From an uncultured cyanobacterium (GTDB lineage Bacteria; Cyanobacteriota; Cyanobacteriia; Pseudanabaenales; Pseudanabaenaceae): 64,000 bases of DNA. Shown piece by piece: positions 8,777 through 18,361 of this stretch. The position numbers and the translations under genes were made by a program. The stretch's first letter is position 1, and every line of letters starts with the position of its first letter. The stretch lies in contig OY969811.1 of assembly GCA_963703315.1 (NCBI GenBank), forward strand, positions 4,288,001 to 4,352,000, in the 5' to 3' direction. A model generated the notes under the pieces. That model saw nothing but the letters and a program-made list of their open reading frames with translations. It was not told where the DNA came from and made no database searches.

Positions 8777-9400
8777 TTGTACTTGCAAATTCTCTATGGG
8801 AACTTGACGCAATGCGGCGGCGCGAGTATAAATCTGCTCAATACTCAGATCATGACGATCATCGGTTTCTAAAAGAAATTTGCCATCAGGTATCGTGGCG
8901 ATCGCCTCAAGCACAGGAGAGCGATCGCTTAAAATTGTGGCTCCAAATGACAAGTAGAAATCATGTTTGAGCAATTCTCGAAACACTTCCATTTTTTTGT
9001 GGAAGCCGTGAATAATCCAAGGAATAGTAGATTTAGTATTCTTTTTAAGAGAAACTAATTCGGCAAAGGCTCTGACACAATGAATTACTAACGGTTTTCT
9101 TAGTGTTTCTGCAAGCTGAATATGCTTTTGAAAAATTGCAATTTGTACTTCCATTGGCAAAGCAATATTCCGATCTAATCCACATTCACCGATCGCACCT
9201 ACCTTTGATGATTTTGCTAATACTTCAAGATTTGTCCATGCATCTTCCCATGATGATAGTTCCACAAACCAAGGATGCAAACCTAAACTACAAATACTGG
9301 GTAACGCAGTTTCTTGTAATTTAGACGTAACATGAATTGTTTGTAGATTAATCAGATCAGGAGATTGGCGATCGCTATGGCTATGAAAATCGATAAACAT
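8738..9400 (-). CDS. tatD: TatD family DNase
   Basis: DFHSH, GLHPW, IGECGLD, IHCVRA, HGF, LETD. Confidence 0.85.
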   Translation of the reverse strand: MFIDFHSHSDRQSPDLINLQTIHVTSKLQETALPSICSLGLHPWFVELSSWEDAWTNLEVLAKSSKVGAIGECGLDRNIALPMEVQIAIFQKHIQLAETLRKPLVIHCVRAFAELVSLKKNTKSTIPWIIHGFHKKMEVFRELLKHDFYLSFGATILSDRSPVLEAIATIPDGKFLLETDDRHDLSIEQIYTRAAALRQVPIENLQVQLLKTYQQLTSLS

Positions 9401-9417
9401 TTGCAGTTTTCTGAGAA

Positions 9418-10479
9418 CTACTCTCCCAGTTTCTCTTCTAATTCAGCAATTCTCTTTTCCAATTTGCGAACAGTACGCAGTAAATCAGGAAGCTGACGTT
9501 CGGCGACAATGATCCGTTTCCAACTCTTTTCAGGAACAACAGGATAGCCCATCATCGTTACACCTGCGGGAATATCCGTCACCACACCAGACTTGGGCCC
9601 TAAAATTGTGCCATCACCAATCGTCATGTGGTCAGCGACACCTACTTGTCCGCCCATGATCACATGATGACCGAGAATCACTCCTCCCGATAATCCAACT
9701 TGAGCCGCTAGCACTGAATGCGCTCCCACTTCCACTCCATGCGCGATTTGTACAAAGTTATCGATTTTTGCGCCTTTATGAATCACTGTAACTCCACTAG
9801 AAGGACGGTCTACAGCACAGAAACAACCAAGTTCCACATAATCTTCGATTACTACGTGTCCGATTTGTGGCACTTTGTACCAAGTTCCATTAGTTGCTAG
9901 CTCAAAGCCAAAGCCATCGCCACCTAAAACCGTACTGGGATGCAAGATGCAATTTGCGCCAATTTGGGTGCGATCGCTGATTACACAATTGGCATGAATC
10001 GTCGTATTTGCACCAATCTCCACATCATTGTAAATCGTGACATTGGGATAGATAGTGACGTTATCAGCGATTTTAACGCGATCGCTAATTACTACATAGG
10101 GGGCGATCGCTACATTCTCTCCCAACTGCACATCTGCACCTAAAATCGCAGTAGGATGAATACCCGTTGGCGAAGTAGGTAGTTGATCAAATTTTTCAAG
10201 AACCTTAGCAAAGACGATGCGGGGATTGGAAGTGCGAATGCAAGGTAGAGGCGAAGGTGTTTTGAGGTCAATGATCACAGCACTGGCTTGAGTGTCTTTA
10301 AGCTGTGCCACAAATTTTTGTGAGGATACAAAGGTAATCTCTCCCGCTACTGCTTTATCGATCGCTGCGACACCTGTAATTATTGGATCATCACCATGGG
10401 ATTCAAATTGACAATCGGGAAATGTGGCGGCGATCTCAGCAGCGAGTTCGGAGAGTTTGAAAGAAATTTTTGGTGTCAT
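9418..10479 (-). CDS. lpxD: UDP-3-O-(3-hydroxymyristoyl)glucosamine N-acyltransferase
   Basis: Hexapeptide repeats, GGDGFGF, KVPQIG, KIDNFVQIAH, GGQVGVADH. Confidence 0.92.
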   Translation of the reverse strand: MTPKISFKLSELAAEIAATFPDCQFESHGDDPIITGVAAIDKAVAGEITFVSSQKFVAQLKDTQASAVIIDLKTPSPLPCIRTSNPRIVFAKVLEKFDQLPTSPTGIHPTAILGADVQLGENVAIAPYVVISDRVKIADNVTIYPNVTIYNDVEIGANTTIHANCVISDRTQIGANCILHPSTVLGGDGFGFELATNGTWYKVPQIGHVVIEDYVELGCFCAVDRPSSGVTVIHKGAKIDNFVQIAHGVEVGAHSVLAAQVGLSGGVILGHHVIMGGQVGVADHMTIGDGTILGPKSGVVTDIPAGVTMMGYPVVPEKSWKRIIVAERQLPDLLRTVRKLEKRIAELEEKLGE

Positions 10480-10522
10480 AGATCTGATTTTGTATCAAGC
10501 AATCGCGATTAACATAATCTTA

Positions 10523-10652
10523 TAGGACTTACGCAAATCAACCAAGAACTCAAGTTCTTGGCTCAAAGCTAAAGTTAGCTAAAGCAAACTAAAAATCTCA
10601 TCTAGTCAACCCGTTTCAACGGGTTTAAGCTTTCAGCCCGTAATTTATTGTA
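10523..10652. repeat. Degenerate REP-like element overlapping the dusA 3' end
   Basis: Begins TAGGACTTACGCA and contains short palindromes ccaagaact-ca-agttcttgg and aacccgtt-tc-aacgggtt. Confidence 0.5.
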
Positions 10653-11677
10653 GAGATATTGCTACTACTACGCACAGCCGCGATCGCTTCACGAACCACT
10701 TCAGAACCTGCACCAGCAATACAAGATTTATCCGTAAGAATGCGCTTCCAGATCCGACTACCTGCTTGACCATGAAATAGTTGTAATAAATGGCGAGTGA
10801 TTTTATGTAACTTCAATCCCTTGGCAGTCCATGCATCAATATAGGGAATCATTGCTTCAGCAACTTCTACTCGACTGCGAATGGGAGTCTCATCACCAAA
10901 GAATTCGCGATCGCTTGTTGCAAAGAGATAGGGATTATCATAGGCAGCCCGACCAATCATCACTGCATCGACATACTGTAACTGCTCATGGGCTTGCTCT
11001 AGGGTCGTAAATCCGCCATTAATTTCAATAAATAAATGAGGGAATTCCTTCTTCAATTGATGTACATCAGCATAACGCAACGGTGGAATTTCGCGATTGT
11101 CTTTAGGGCTTAAGCCTTGTAGCCATGCCTTTCTTGCATGAACAGAAAATCTCTGACAACCTGCTTCTGAAAGCATCCTGACAAACTTTTGCATATCTTC
11201 ATAACTATCTAAGTCATCAACACCGATACGATGCTTAACTGAAACAGGAATCTTGGTTGCGGCAGTCATTGCTTCAATGCATTTGGCAACTAGATCGGGA
11301 GTCTTCATTAAGCAAGCGCCAAAATGTCCACTCTGGACACGATCACTGGGGCATCCCACATTCAAATTAATTTCGTCATAGCCCAGCGCTTCCGCAATTC
11401 GCGCACATTCCGCCAGATCTTGAGGATTGTCACCACCCACCTGTAAAGCGATCGGATTTTCCATTGGTGAGAAACCCAATAGATATTCTTTATCACCATG
11501 CTTAATTGCCGCACTCGTCACCATTTCCGTATACAGCAAAGTCCGCCGCGTAATTTGGCGCATGAAATAGCGATAATGGCGATCGGTACGATCCATCATT
11601 GGGGCAATGCTGAGGGGATAGGTAAGGCGATCGCCAGCTTTCTGTGTAGAAATTGGCATTTCCGATAAAGTAGTCAT
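10625..11677 (-). CDS. dusA: tRNA dihydrouridine(20/20a) synthase
   Basis: APMMDRTDRH.RYF.R, LYTEMV, INLNVGCPSDRVQSG.FGACLM, VHARKAWLQGLSPK.NREIPPL. Confidence 0.95.
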   Translation of the reverse strand: MTTLSEMPISTQKAGDRLTYPLSIAPMMDRTDRHYRYFMRQITRRTLLYTEMVTSAAIKHGDKEYLLGFSPMENPIALQVGGDNPQDLAECARIAEALGYDEINLNVGCPSDRVQSGHFGACLMKTPDLVAKCIEAMTAATKIPVSVKHRIGVDDLDSYEDMQKFVRMLSEAGCQRFSVHARKAWLQGLSPKDNREIPPLRYADVHQLKKEFPHLFIEINGGFTTLEQAHEQLQYVDAVMIGRAAYDNPYLFATSDREFFGDETPIRSRVEVAEAMIPYIDAWTAKGLKLHKITRHLLQLFHGQAGSRIWKRILTDKSCIAGAGSEVVREAIAAVRSSSNISTINYGLKA

Positions 11678-11785
11678 GGCAAAATCAGGGCGTTATAGTT
11701 GCGGCGCAAAACAAAGCACTGCAACTATATAGTAAACTTGGGTCTGCATTTTTTGTTTGGATTTGTTGAGAGGCATCGAAGATTT

Positions 11786-12373
11786 GTGAGCGTAAAGGTG
11801 TTAGCTGTATTGGCTTCAGGAAGTGGTAGTAATCTGGAGGCGATCGCGAAGGCGATTAGTGATGGAAACCTGCAAGCCAAAATCGCGGTAGTCATTTATA
11901 ACGAGACTGATGCTTTTGCCCGTCACCGCGCCGAAAAATTTGGTATTCCCGCAATTCTCGTCAATCACCGTGATTACAAATCTCGTAAAGCTCTTGATCT
12001 GGCGATCATCGATATTCTCCAGCAATACAATGTCGATCTTGTGATCATGGCAGGCTGGATGCGAATCGTCACGCAAGTTTTGATTGATGCCTTTCCCGAA
12101 CGGATTCTGAATATTCATCCCAGTTTGCTACCGAGCTTTAAAGGGATTCATGCGATCGAGCAAGCCTTTAACTATGGTGTGAAAATTACGGGCTGCACAG
12201 TGCATTTACTCAGTCTCGAAGTTGATAGCGGCAAAATCCTTAAACAAGCCGCAGTTTCCATCCTGCCTGACGATACCCTCGAAGATTTACAAAAGCGGAT
12301 TCAAGTTCAAGAACATATTATTTATCCAGAGGCGATCGCTGAATATATAAATACCTTCTATAACAATGCTTGA
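11786..12373 (+). CDS. purN: Phosphoribosylglycinamide formyltransferase
   Basis: ASGSGSN, AGWMR, NIHPSLLP, GCTVH, VDSG; GTG start chosen at 11786. Confidence 0.93.
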   Translation: MSVKVLAVLASGSGSNLEAIAKAISDGNLQAKIAVVIYNETDAFARHRAEKFGIPAILVNHRDYKSRKALDLAIIDILQQYNVDLVIMAGWMRIVTQVLIDAFPERILNIHPSLLPSFKGIHAIEQAFNYGVKITGCTVHLLSLEVDSGKILKQAAVSILPDDTLEDLQKRIQVQEHIIYPEAIAEYINTFYNNA

Positions 12374-12453
12374 TAAATTAGCAAGTTTTCCTAGATTTTA
12401 TAAAATGTGCGATGATGCTATAATAGCTTTCGCAAAAAATCTGCGTTTAACTT

Positions 12454-12525
12454 GCCGATGTAGCACAGGGGTAGTGCAGCTGATTCGTAATCAGCAGGTC
12501 GTGAGTTCAAATCTCATCATCGGCT
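12454..12525 (+). tRNA. trnT: tRNA-Thr(CGT)
   Basis: Acceptor stem GCCGATG/CATCGGC, anticodon arm GCTGA-TTCGTAA-TCAGC, T arm GTGAG-TTCAAAT-CTCAT; CCA not encoded. Confidence 0.95.
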
Positions 12526-12531
12526 TAGCTC

Positions 12532-12588
12532 TTATTTCCATACACCTAAAAGCCTTGTAATTCAAGGCTTTTAGGTGTATGGAAATAA
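12532..12588. terminator. 26-bp perfect inverted repeat directly after the tRNA
   Basis: ttatttccatacacctaaaagccttg-taatt-caaggcttttaggtgtatggaaataa. Confidence 0.7.
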
Positions 12589-12624
12589 TGGGATTATATA
12601 TCTGTTGCCAGTTTTGTTAGGACA

Positions 12625-12667
12625 AAACCCAGAAGAAGAGTGGCGGTGCCACTCTTCTTCTGGGTTT
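12625..12667. repeat. Palindromic element
   Basis: aaacccagaagaagagtggc-ggt-gccactcttcttctgggttt, preceded by the family flank gccagttttgttaggac. Confidence 0.85.
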
Positions 12668-12723
12668 GCTAATTATTTCTTGGCTATAGAGTCTTGCAAG
12701 CGCATTGCCCTTACAAACCTTGG

Positions 12724-12829
12724 TAAGTAGCTCAGCATAGTTAAAACCCAAAACCTAGAAGCTTGTGCCTCCCGCGTAGCGGGAGGCACAAGCTTCTAGG
12801 TTTTAAGTTTACTTATGCCTAGCTACTTA
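12724..12829. repeat. Nested palindromic element (core 12750-12804)
   Basis: aaaacctagaagcttgtgcctcccgc-gta-gcgggaggcacaagcttctaggtttt, with outer arms taagtagct...agctactta. Confidence 0.85.
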
Positions 12830-12830
12830 A

Positions 12831-13319
12831 TTAGTTAGCGGGACTTGGTGATGGACTTGCCGTTGCCTGTGGAGTAACAGGTGGAGTTACTACCTGTGGC
12901 TGTGCAGTTACAGTTACCCTTGGTGCAGGAATCGGCTCTACTGCTGGAGGTTGAGTGATTGTCACGGGTGGTAAATTAATTTCAACTTTAGGAGTAGGCT
13001 GTGGCTGCTGGGTTGCAGGGCTAACTTCCTTAATAGTTGTATTGTTCCGCTCGATGATTGTTGACTTATTCTCTTTTACTGTGTCATTTGCATTGGGAAC
13101 CAAGATTGGTGTCGGTGTTGGACGATAGTTGACAAAATAGGCGATCGCCCCTGCACTAGCTGCCAAAACTAGCAACACAATAATTGCTAATCCATTCACA
13201 GTACTATTATTATTACTCACTCTAGTAGTACGTTCTTCCGAGACTCTACTTCCATTTACAGAATTGTTCGGAAGTGATGTTACTTTTCTTGTAACTTCTC
13301 TATCAATTTCGTCAGACAT
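12831..13319 (-). CDS. Single-pass membrane protein with Pro/Thr-rich C-terminus
   Basis: One TM helix (LAIIVLLVLAASAGAIAYFV), low-complexity P/T/Q tail, AAGGA RBS upstream. Confidence 0.7.
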   Translation of the reverse strand: MSDEIDREVTRKVTSLPNNSVNGSRVSEERTTRVSNNNSTVNGLAIIVLLVLAASAGAIAYFVNYRPTPTPILVPNANDTVKENKSTIIERNNTTIKEVSPATQQPQPTPKVEINLPPVTITQPPAVEPIPAPRVTVTAQPQVVTPPVTPQATASPSPSPAN

Positions 13320-13358
13320 ATATTTTTAATCCTTTTGTTTGTATAAATTCGGTTGTAA

Positions 13359-13604
13359 CTAAGCTGACTTGATCAGGCGTAAGCCAAATAGCAGAACGAC
13401 TGCGCCAATGGTTGCAACGAGCAAACTGCCAAGTAAGCCGCCACCACTAGATAAACCTAAGGCGCTGAATAGAAAACCACCAAGTAATGCGCCAATTACG
13501 CCCACAATGATGTCTCCAAGTAATCCAAAGCCGCCGCCTTTAACGAGTTGACCCGCTAGCCAACCAGCAGCCAAACCAATCAAAATAAACCAAATAAAAT
13601 CCAT
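13359..13604 (-). CDS. GlsB/YeaQ/YmgE (transglycosylase-associated) stress membrane protein
   Basis: FILIGLAAGWLAG...GDIIVGVIGALLGG...ATIGAVVLL. Confidence 0.9.
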   Translation of the reverse strand: MDFIWFILIGLAAGWLAGQLVKGGGFGLLGDIIVGVIGALLGGFLFSALGLSSGGGLLGSLLVATIGAVVLLFGLRLIKSA

Positions 13605-13655
13605 GTCATTACATCCTTAAGTTATGGGGGAGTGCTGAAGATAGCAGGTTTGATT

Positions 13656-13693
13656 GTTAGGGATAGTCAATACTTCGTAGAACTATCCCTAAC
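13656..13693. terminator. Intergenic stem-loop
   Basis: gttagggatagt...actatccctaac, 12-bp arms. Confidence 0.5.
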
Positions 13694-13719
13694 GATTATG
13701 GAATTAGGTAAATGAGAAC

Positions 13720-14175
13720 TTACTCAAGAAATTCTTTGACTTTATCTTTCGCATCTTCTAGCAAGTTACGAGTCTTTGATTCCACTTGCTTAGATTTGCC
13801 AGCTAGCTGATTTTGGCGATCGCCTACGACATTACCGATCGCCTCTTGAGCCTTACCTTCGAGATCTTTAGCGCCCGATTTTACTCGTTCTGGCACGTTG
13901 GTTTTAATAGCTTCAGCCGCATTGCGAACATCCGCTTCAGCTTGTTTCGCTTTGCCAATGATTTGATTTTTAGGGTCACCCGTAATATTCCCGATCGCTT
14001 CTTGAGTTTTTCCCTCAAGATCTTTTGTAATTGATTTCACTTTCTCTAGTGAGGCGATCGGTATCAATGGAGCTTCTGCCCAACTATCACTAATAGGTAT
14101 TCCCAATACTAGGGTAAATAAGAAGAATGAAATTAAGCCAATATTCAACAATGATTTATAAATTTTAGAAATCAT
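13720..14175 (-). CDS. CsbD family protein with two CsbD repeats and an N-terminal signal/TM segment
   Basis: KDLEGK.QEAIGN..GD..NQ..GK.KQ.E occurs twice. Confidence 0.85.
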   Translation of the reverse strand: MISKIYKSLLNIGLISFFLFTLVLGIPISDSWAEAPLIPIASLEKVKSITKDLEGKTQEAIGNITGDPKNQIIGKAKQAEADVRNAAEAIKTNVPERVKSGAKDLEGKAQEAIGNVVGDRQNQLAGKSKQVESKTRNLLEDAKDKVKEFLE

Positions 14176-14382
14176 GATTATTACTCTAATATTTTTATTG
14201 AGATAGATGAAATTTACTTTGATTAATCTAAAATCTGTTTACATAACTATACAAACAAATTTTGTAGGTAACTTTTCTAGATAAAAGCTCAAAATATATT
14301 GAAGTATCTAAGTAGCCTAATTTTATTAAAATTAAACTACTTAAATCTTCTTAGTAATTATCTAGTTTTTAGATGTCTAACT

Positions 14383-14601
14383 TTAAGAATTTTTGATATC
14401 TTTAGCAGTTTTTTTGACAGCATCAGCTACATCTTGAGCTTTACTTTTTACATCTTCGGCTGTATTCAAAACAACAGCTTCTGCCTGTTTTGCTTTTCCT
14501 TCAAGTTGTTTCTCAGGGTCGCCAGTAACATTGCCGACAGCCTCTTCGACTTTACCTTCAATATCTTTAGCAACAGCTTTAGCACGTTCTTGTAAACTCA
14601 T
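14383..14601 (-). CDS. CsbD family protein
   Basis: AKDIEGKVEEAVGNVTGDPEKQLEGKAKQAE; AAGGAG RBS upstream. Confidence 0.9.
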   Translation of the reverse strand: MSLQERAKAVAKDIEGKVEEAVGNVTGDPEKQLEGKAKQAEAVVLNTAEDVKSKAQDVADAVKKTAKDIKNS

Positions 14602-15064
14602 AATAAATCTCCTTTTTTGTATTAATATTTAATGAAATGCTACAAAAGATAAAATTAAATTTATGACTTCTTTTCTAACATTACTATTGTCATTTATTTG
14701 ATTAACTTATTCATCCCTCTAAAGGTATAAGATATGAATATATGTTAGAAAAATTTAGTTGATAAATAAATTTGATTGAAATTGCGATGAACTTGTATGA
14801 TATGTATTGTTTGATAAATAAAAAATAAAAATTCAGCCATTGGAATAGGCTTCATTTTAATAAGTGTGTAGAGAAATATAAATCTAGTTTAGATTTTTCT
14901 TGTTTTTTATGACAATCTTTTTTGTAAGACTGTGAATTTTTTATTCATACTCAACTACTTTGACAGAGGCGTGATTGAGTTATTGCATGAATTGATGGAT
15001 TACAACACAAAATGTAATAAAGAAGAAATCTGTCAAACCTAACCCTTTATAAAGGAACCAAACA

Positions 15065-16540
15065 ATGTCTAAGCAAAACGGCGTGATGATGCAATACTTT
15101 CACTGGTATCTGCCAGGTGACGGTAGTTTATGGAATCAAGTAGCAGAGAAAGCTGAGGAATTAGCCAAGATTGGAATTACATCTCTGTGGCTACCACCTG
15201 CTTATAAAGGTACTGGTGGAGGTATGGATGTTGGCTATGGTATTTACGATTTGTTTGATCTGGGTGAATTTGATCAAAAAGGCTCGATCCGCACAAAATA
15301 TGGCACTAAAGATGAATACATTCGTGCCATTAAAGCAGCGCAGAAGGCAGGCATTAGTATCTATGCCGATGTGGTGTTTAATCACAAATTGGGAGCAGAT
15401 CAGACAGAAGAAGTAGAAGCGACACCATTTAGTACCGAAAACCGTAATGAGGCGATCGGTGAGTATCAAAAGATCAAAGCTTGGACTCACTTCACCTTTG
15501 AAGGGCGCAAGGGTAAATATTCGACGATGGAATGGCATTGGTGGCATTTTGATGCGATCGATTACAACGTATATAACGAGGGTGAAGATGCTATCTATTT
15601 ACTCAAGGGCAAATCCTTTGACCAAAATGTTGATCTCGAAAAAGGGAACTTCGATTACTTAATGGGTTGTGACCTCGATATGCAAAATTCTGAGGTAAAG
15701 GGAGAACTCAAGTATTGGGGAGAGTGGATTTATGACACGACTCAGGTGGATGGCTTCCGATTTGATGCGGTTAAACACGTTTCAGCAGAATTCTTTCAGG
15801 AATGGTTAGAACACGTCCGTCGTCATGCCAAACGTGATCTATTTGCTGTAGGAGAATATTGGTCTTACGAAGTTGAAGCTTTGCATCATTTCATTGAGGT
15901 TACTGAAGGCAAGGTTGATCTATTCGATGCACCCTTGCACCTAAATTTCCATCTCGCTAGTCAAGCTGGCAAAGATTATGACCTCACCCAAATTTTTGAA
16001 AACACCTTAGTCAAAGATCAACCAACTCTTGCAGTTACCTTGGTAGAAAACCATGACTCTCAACCATTGCAGTCATTAGAATCAATTGTCGAGTCTTGGT
16101 TTAAGCCCCTTGCCTATGCGCTGATTTTATTGCGGCAAGAAGGATATCCTTGTATTTTTTACGGTGATTACTACGGCGCACATTACAAAGATTGGGGTAA
16201 AGACGGCAATGAGTATGAAATTTGGATGGAAAGCCATCAATGGTTACTAGATAAGTTCCTATTTGTCCGTCAGACTTACTCCTATGGTGAGCAGATTGAC
16301 TATTTTGACCATCCTAATACGATTGGCTGGACGAGATTGGGCGATGAGGAGCATTCTGGGGGGATGGCAGTAGTATTGAGTAACGGTGAGGACGGACGAA
16401 AATGGATGAATGTCGGGCATCCTAACAGCATCTATATCGACATTACTGAGCATATCGATGAGTCTGTAACAACTAATGACGAAGGCTGGGCGGAGTTTTG
16501 CTGCAATGGAGGCTCAGTATCCGTATGGGTTAAGCAATAA
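15065..16540 (+). CDS. amyA: Cytoplasmic alpha-amylase (GH13)
   Basis: MMQYFHWY, WLPPAYKG, DVVFNH, GFRFDAVKH, VGEYW, VENHD; no signal peptide. Confidence 0.92.
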   Translation: MSKQNGVMMQYFHWYLPGDGSLWNQVAEKAEELAKIGITSLWLPPAYKGTGGGMDVGYGIYDLFDLGEFDQKGSIRTKYGTKDEYIRAIKAAQKAGISIYADVVFNHKLGADQTEEVEATPFSTENRNEAIGEYQKIKAWTHFTFEGRKGKYSTMEWHWWHFDAIDYNVYNEGEDAIYLLKGKSFDQNVDLEKGNFDYLMGCDLDMQNSEVKGELKYWGEWIYDTTQVDGFRFDAVKHVSAEFFQEWLEHVRRHAKRDLFAVGEYWSYEVEALHHFIEVTEGKVDLFDAPLHLNFHLASQAGKDYDLTQIFENTLVKDQPTLAVTLVENHDSQPLQSLESIVESWFKPLAYALILLRQEGYPCIFYGDYYGAHYKDWGKDGNEYEIWMESHQWLLDKFLFVRQTYSYGEQIDYFDHPNTIGWTRLGDEEHSGGMAVVLSNGEDGRKWMNVGHPNSIYIDITEHIDESVTTNDEGWAEFCCNGGSVSVWVKQ

Positions 16541-16546
16541 GTAAAA

Positions 16547-16679
16547 TAAGTGCAAGGGCGGCACGCCGCCCCTGCACTTATAGCAAAGCTACAAACAAAA
16601 AACCAGAAAGAGAGTTGCGGCGCTCCGCGCCGCAACTCTCTTTCTGGTTTTTTGTTTGTAGCAAAACTTTTTTGCTATA
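16547..16679. repeat. Two adjacent palindromes, the second a TATAGC...GCTATA-bounded element with 36-bp perfect arms (16588-16662)
   Basis: gctacaaacaaaaaaccagaaagagagttgcggcgc-tcc-gcgccgcaactctctttctggttttttgtttgtagc. Confidence 0.9.
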
Positions 16680-16699
16680 TTTTAAGAAAAATCTTCATT

Positions 16700-17257
16700 A
16701 TGTCAGATCCTAACCCTGCCCAAATCTTGCAAAATCGTCTGAGCTATCACGGCAGCAAGTTTTCCTTTCATGTCGATCGCATTAAATTGCCCAATGGCGT
16801 TATTGGTGAATATTCTTATATCAAACATCCAGGGGCGGGGATGGCGGTTCCTATAACCGATGATGGAAAGTTTGTGTTAGTAAAGCAATATCGATTTGCA
16901 ATTCAACGCTACTTATTAGAATTTCCTGCGGGAACCTTAGAAGTTGGTGAAGAGCATGATGTGACGATTAAGCGAGAAATTGAGGAAGAAACTGGCTATA
17001 GTGCAAGTAAATGGCAGTATCTTGGAGGTTTCTATATTTGCCCCGGATATTCTGATGAGATTATTCATACCTATTTGGCACAAGACTTAACGAAATTAGA
17101 AAATCCACCTGCTCAAGATGAAGATGAAGAGATAGAAGTAGTTCTACTCAGCCGTGAAGAAATTGAAGCGTTATTGCGATCGCCAAGTGCTGACACTAGC
17201 CTTGATGCTAAGTCTATTACCGCCTTTCATCTAGCTTTGCAAGCTTTATCGCTATAG
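16700..17257 (+). CDS. NUDIX hydrolase (ADP-ribose pyrophosphatase-like)
   Basis: QYR...LEFPAGTLEVGE...KREIEEETGY Nudix box; start trimmed to the ATG at 16700. Confidence 0.9.
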   Translation: MSDPNPAQILQNRLSYHGSKFSFHVDRIKLPNGVIGEYSYIKHPGAGMAVPITDDGKFVLVKQYRFAIQRYLLEFPAGTLEVGEEHDVTIKREIEEETGYSASKWQYLGGFYICPGYSDEIIHTYLAQDLTKLENPPAQDEDEEIEVVLLSREEIEALLRSPSADTSLDAKSITAFHLALQALSL

Positions 17258-17373
17258 ACAGGATTATTTACCCGCCGAAGGCGGGTAAATAATCCTGTCT
17301 ACCTCTCTTGCTTTGCTATAGCTAGTGAATAATTAGTGGTGCGCGGCGGAGCCGCGCACCACTAATTATTCAC
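17255..17373. repeat. Two perfect palindromes (17255-17301, 17325-17373) between convergent genes
   Basis: tagacaggattatttacccgcc-gaa-ggcgggtaaataatcctgtcta and gtgaataattagtggtgcgcggc-gga-gccgcgcaccactaattattcac; each includes a stop codon of a flanking gene. Confidence 0.9.
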
Positions 17374-18185
17374 TTCAAAGTTAAAAATTTCTCAAGTGCC
17401 GTAACCAAAGATGGGGGCCATCGACGAATATTTTTGACCCAATTGATATCCTGATAACGCGGATCAAGATTGGCGACCGATACCCAATTACTCTCTGCTT
17501 CACCTTGCTTTTTATCAGCCCAAAGTGCCGCAGTCAAGGCAGCGCGAACATCCGTGAAGTTAGGATATTTGCGTAATATATTCTTCATCGCTTTAATCGC
17601 TGGATCGGTGTTGCCATTTTGAGAACCGACTTCATACAAGGCGATCGCATTATTCCCAAAGGCAGTACTAAAGCGCGAGTTAACATTCATTGCGGTTTGA
17701 TAATCAGCGATCGCCTCTTGCCATTTACCTAAACCTGCCTTAGCATTGCCCCGATTGTTATAGGCAGCAGCATCTTTAGGATCAAGTTCTAAAACGCGAT
17801 CGTAATCAGCGATCGCCTCTTGCCATTTACCTAAACTTTCTAATGCAGTACCCCGATTGAGATAGGGATCGGGATAATTGGGTGCAAGCTCTACGGACTT
17901 GTTGTAGTCTCCGAGGGCTTCCTGAGGGCGATTTTGACTCATCCTTGAGTTACCGCGATTGCTCCAACCTGCGGCATTTTCTGGATAGAGGTTAATCAAA
18001 TCTGTCCAATAGCCTTCCGCCTCTGTAAAGTCACCTGCATCAGTCGCATCAAAGGCTTTTTTTACCAGTGTATCGAGTTGAGTGGCTTCTGCCTCGGTAA
18101 TGTTTAGTTGTGCCTGTGCAGGGGCGATCGCCGCAGGATGAAATAGTAAAAATAAAACCAGAAAAATTGCAAATATCGAACGCAT
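17370..18185 (-). CDS. Exported TPR protein (conserved cyanobacterial type)
   Basis: Signal peptide ending AQA, several TPRs, C-terminal DPRY....WV..IRRWPP. Confidence 0.85.
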   Translation of the reverse strand: MRSIFAIFLVLFLLFHPAAIAPAQAQLNITEAEATQLDTLVKKAFDATDAGDFTEAEGYWTDLINLYPENAAGWSNRGNSRMSQNRPQEALGDYNKSVELAPNYPDPYLNRGTALESLGKWQEAIADYDRVLELDPKDAAAYNNRGNAKAGLGKWQEAIADYQTAMNVNSRFSTAFGNNAIALYEVGSQNGNTDPAIKAMKNILRKYPNFTDVRAALTAALWADKKQGEAESNWVSVANLDPRYQDINWVKNIRRWPPSLVTALEKFLTLK

Positions 18186-18361
18186 TGATATGTAATCCGT
18201 GGGCTATATCTAACTAAAAGGTAAAAGTTATCCAGTTGATTTATGATATCAATAAGTGATATCTTTGGGCTGCCAAAATGTTACTAAGCTAAATTCTTGA
18301 ATGATAAATAGACGCAACTCAACATATAAAGCGGTTATAAAACTTTGAGTACCATCAAAAT

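Noticed and set aside
12366..12560. 64-aa ORF
   Set aside because: It overlaps the tRNA gene; spurious.
12454..16540. Integrative island at tRNA-Thr
   Set aside because: No integrase, and I found no duplicated tRNA 3' end in the window.
16550..16699. N-terminal extension of the NUDIX ORF
   Set aside because: It is translated palindromic repeat DNA; the ATG at 16700 gives a normal-length protein.
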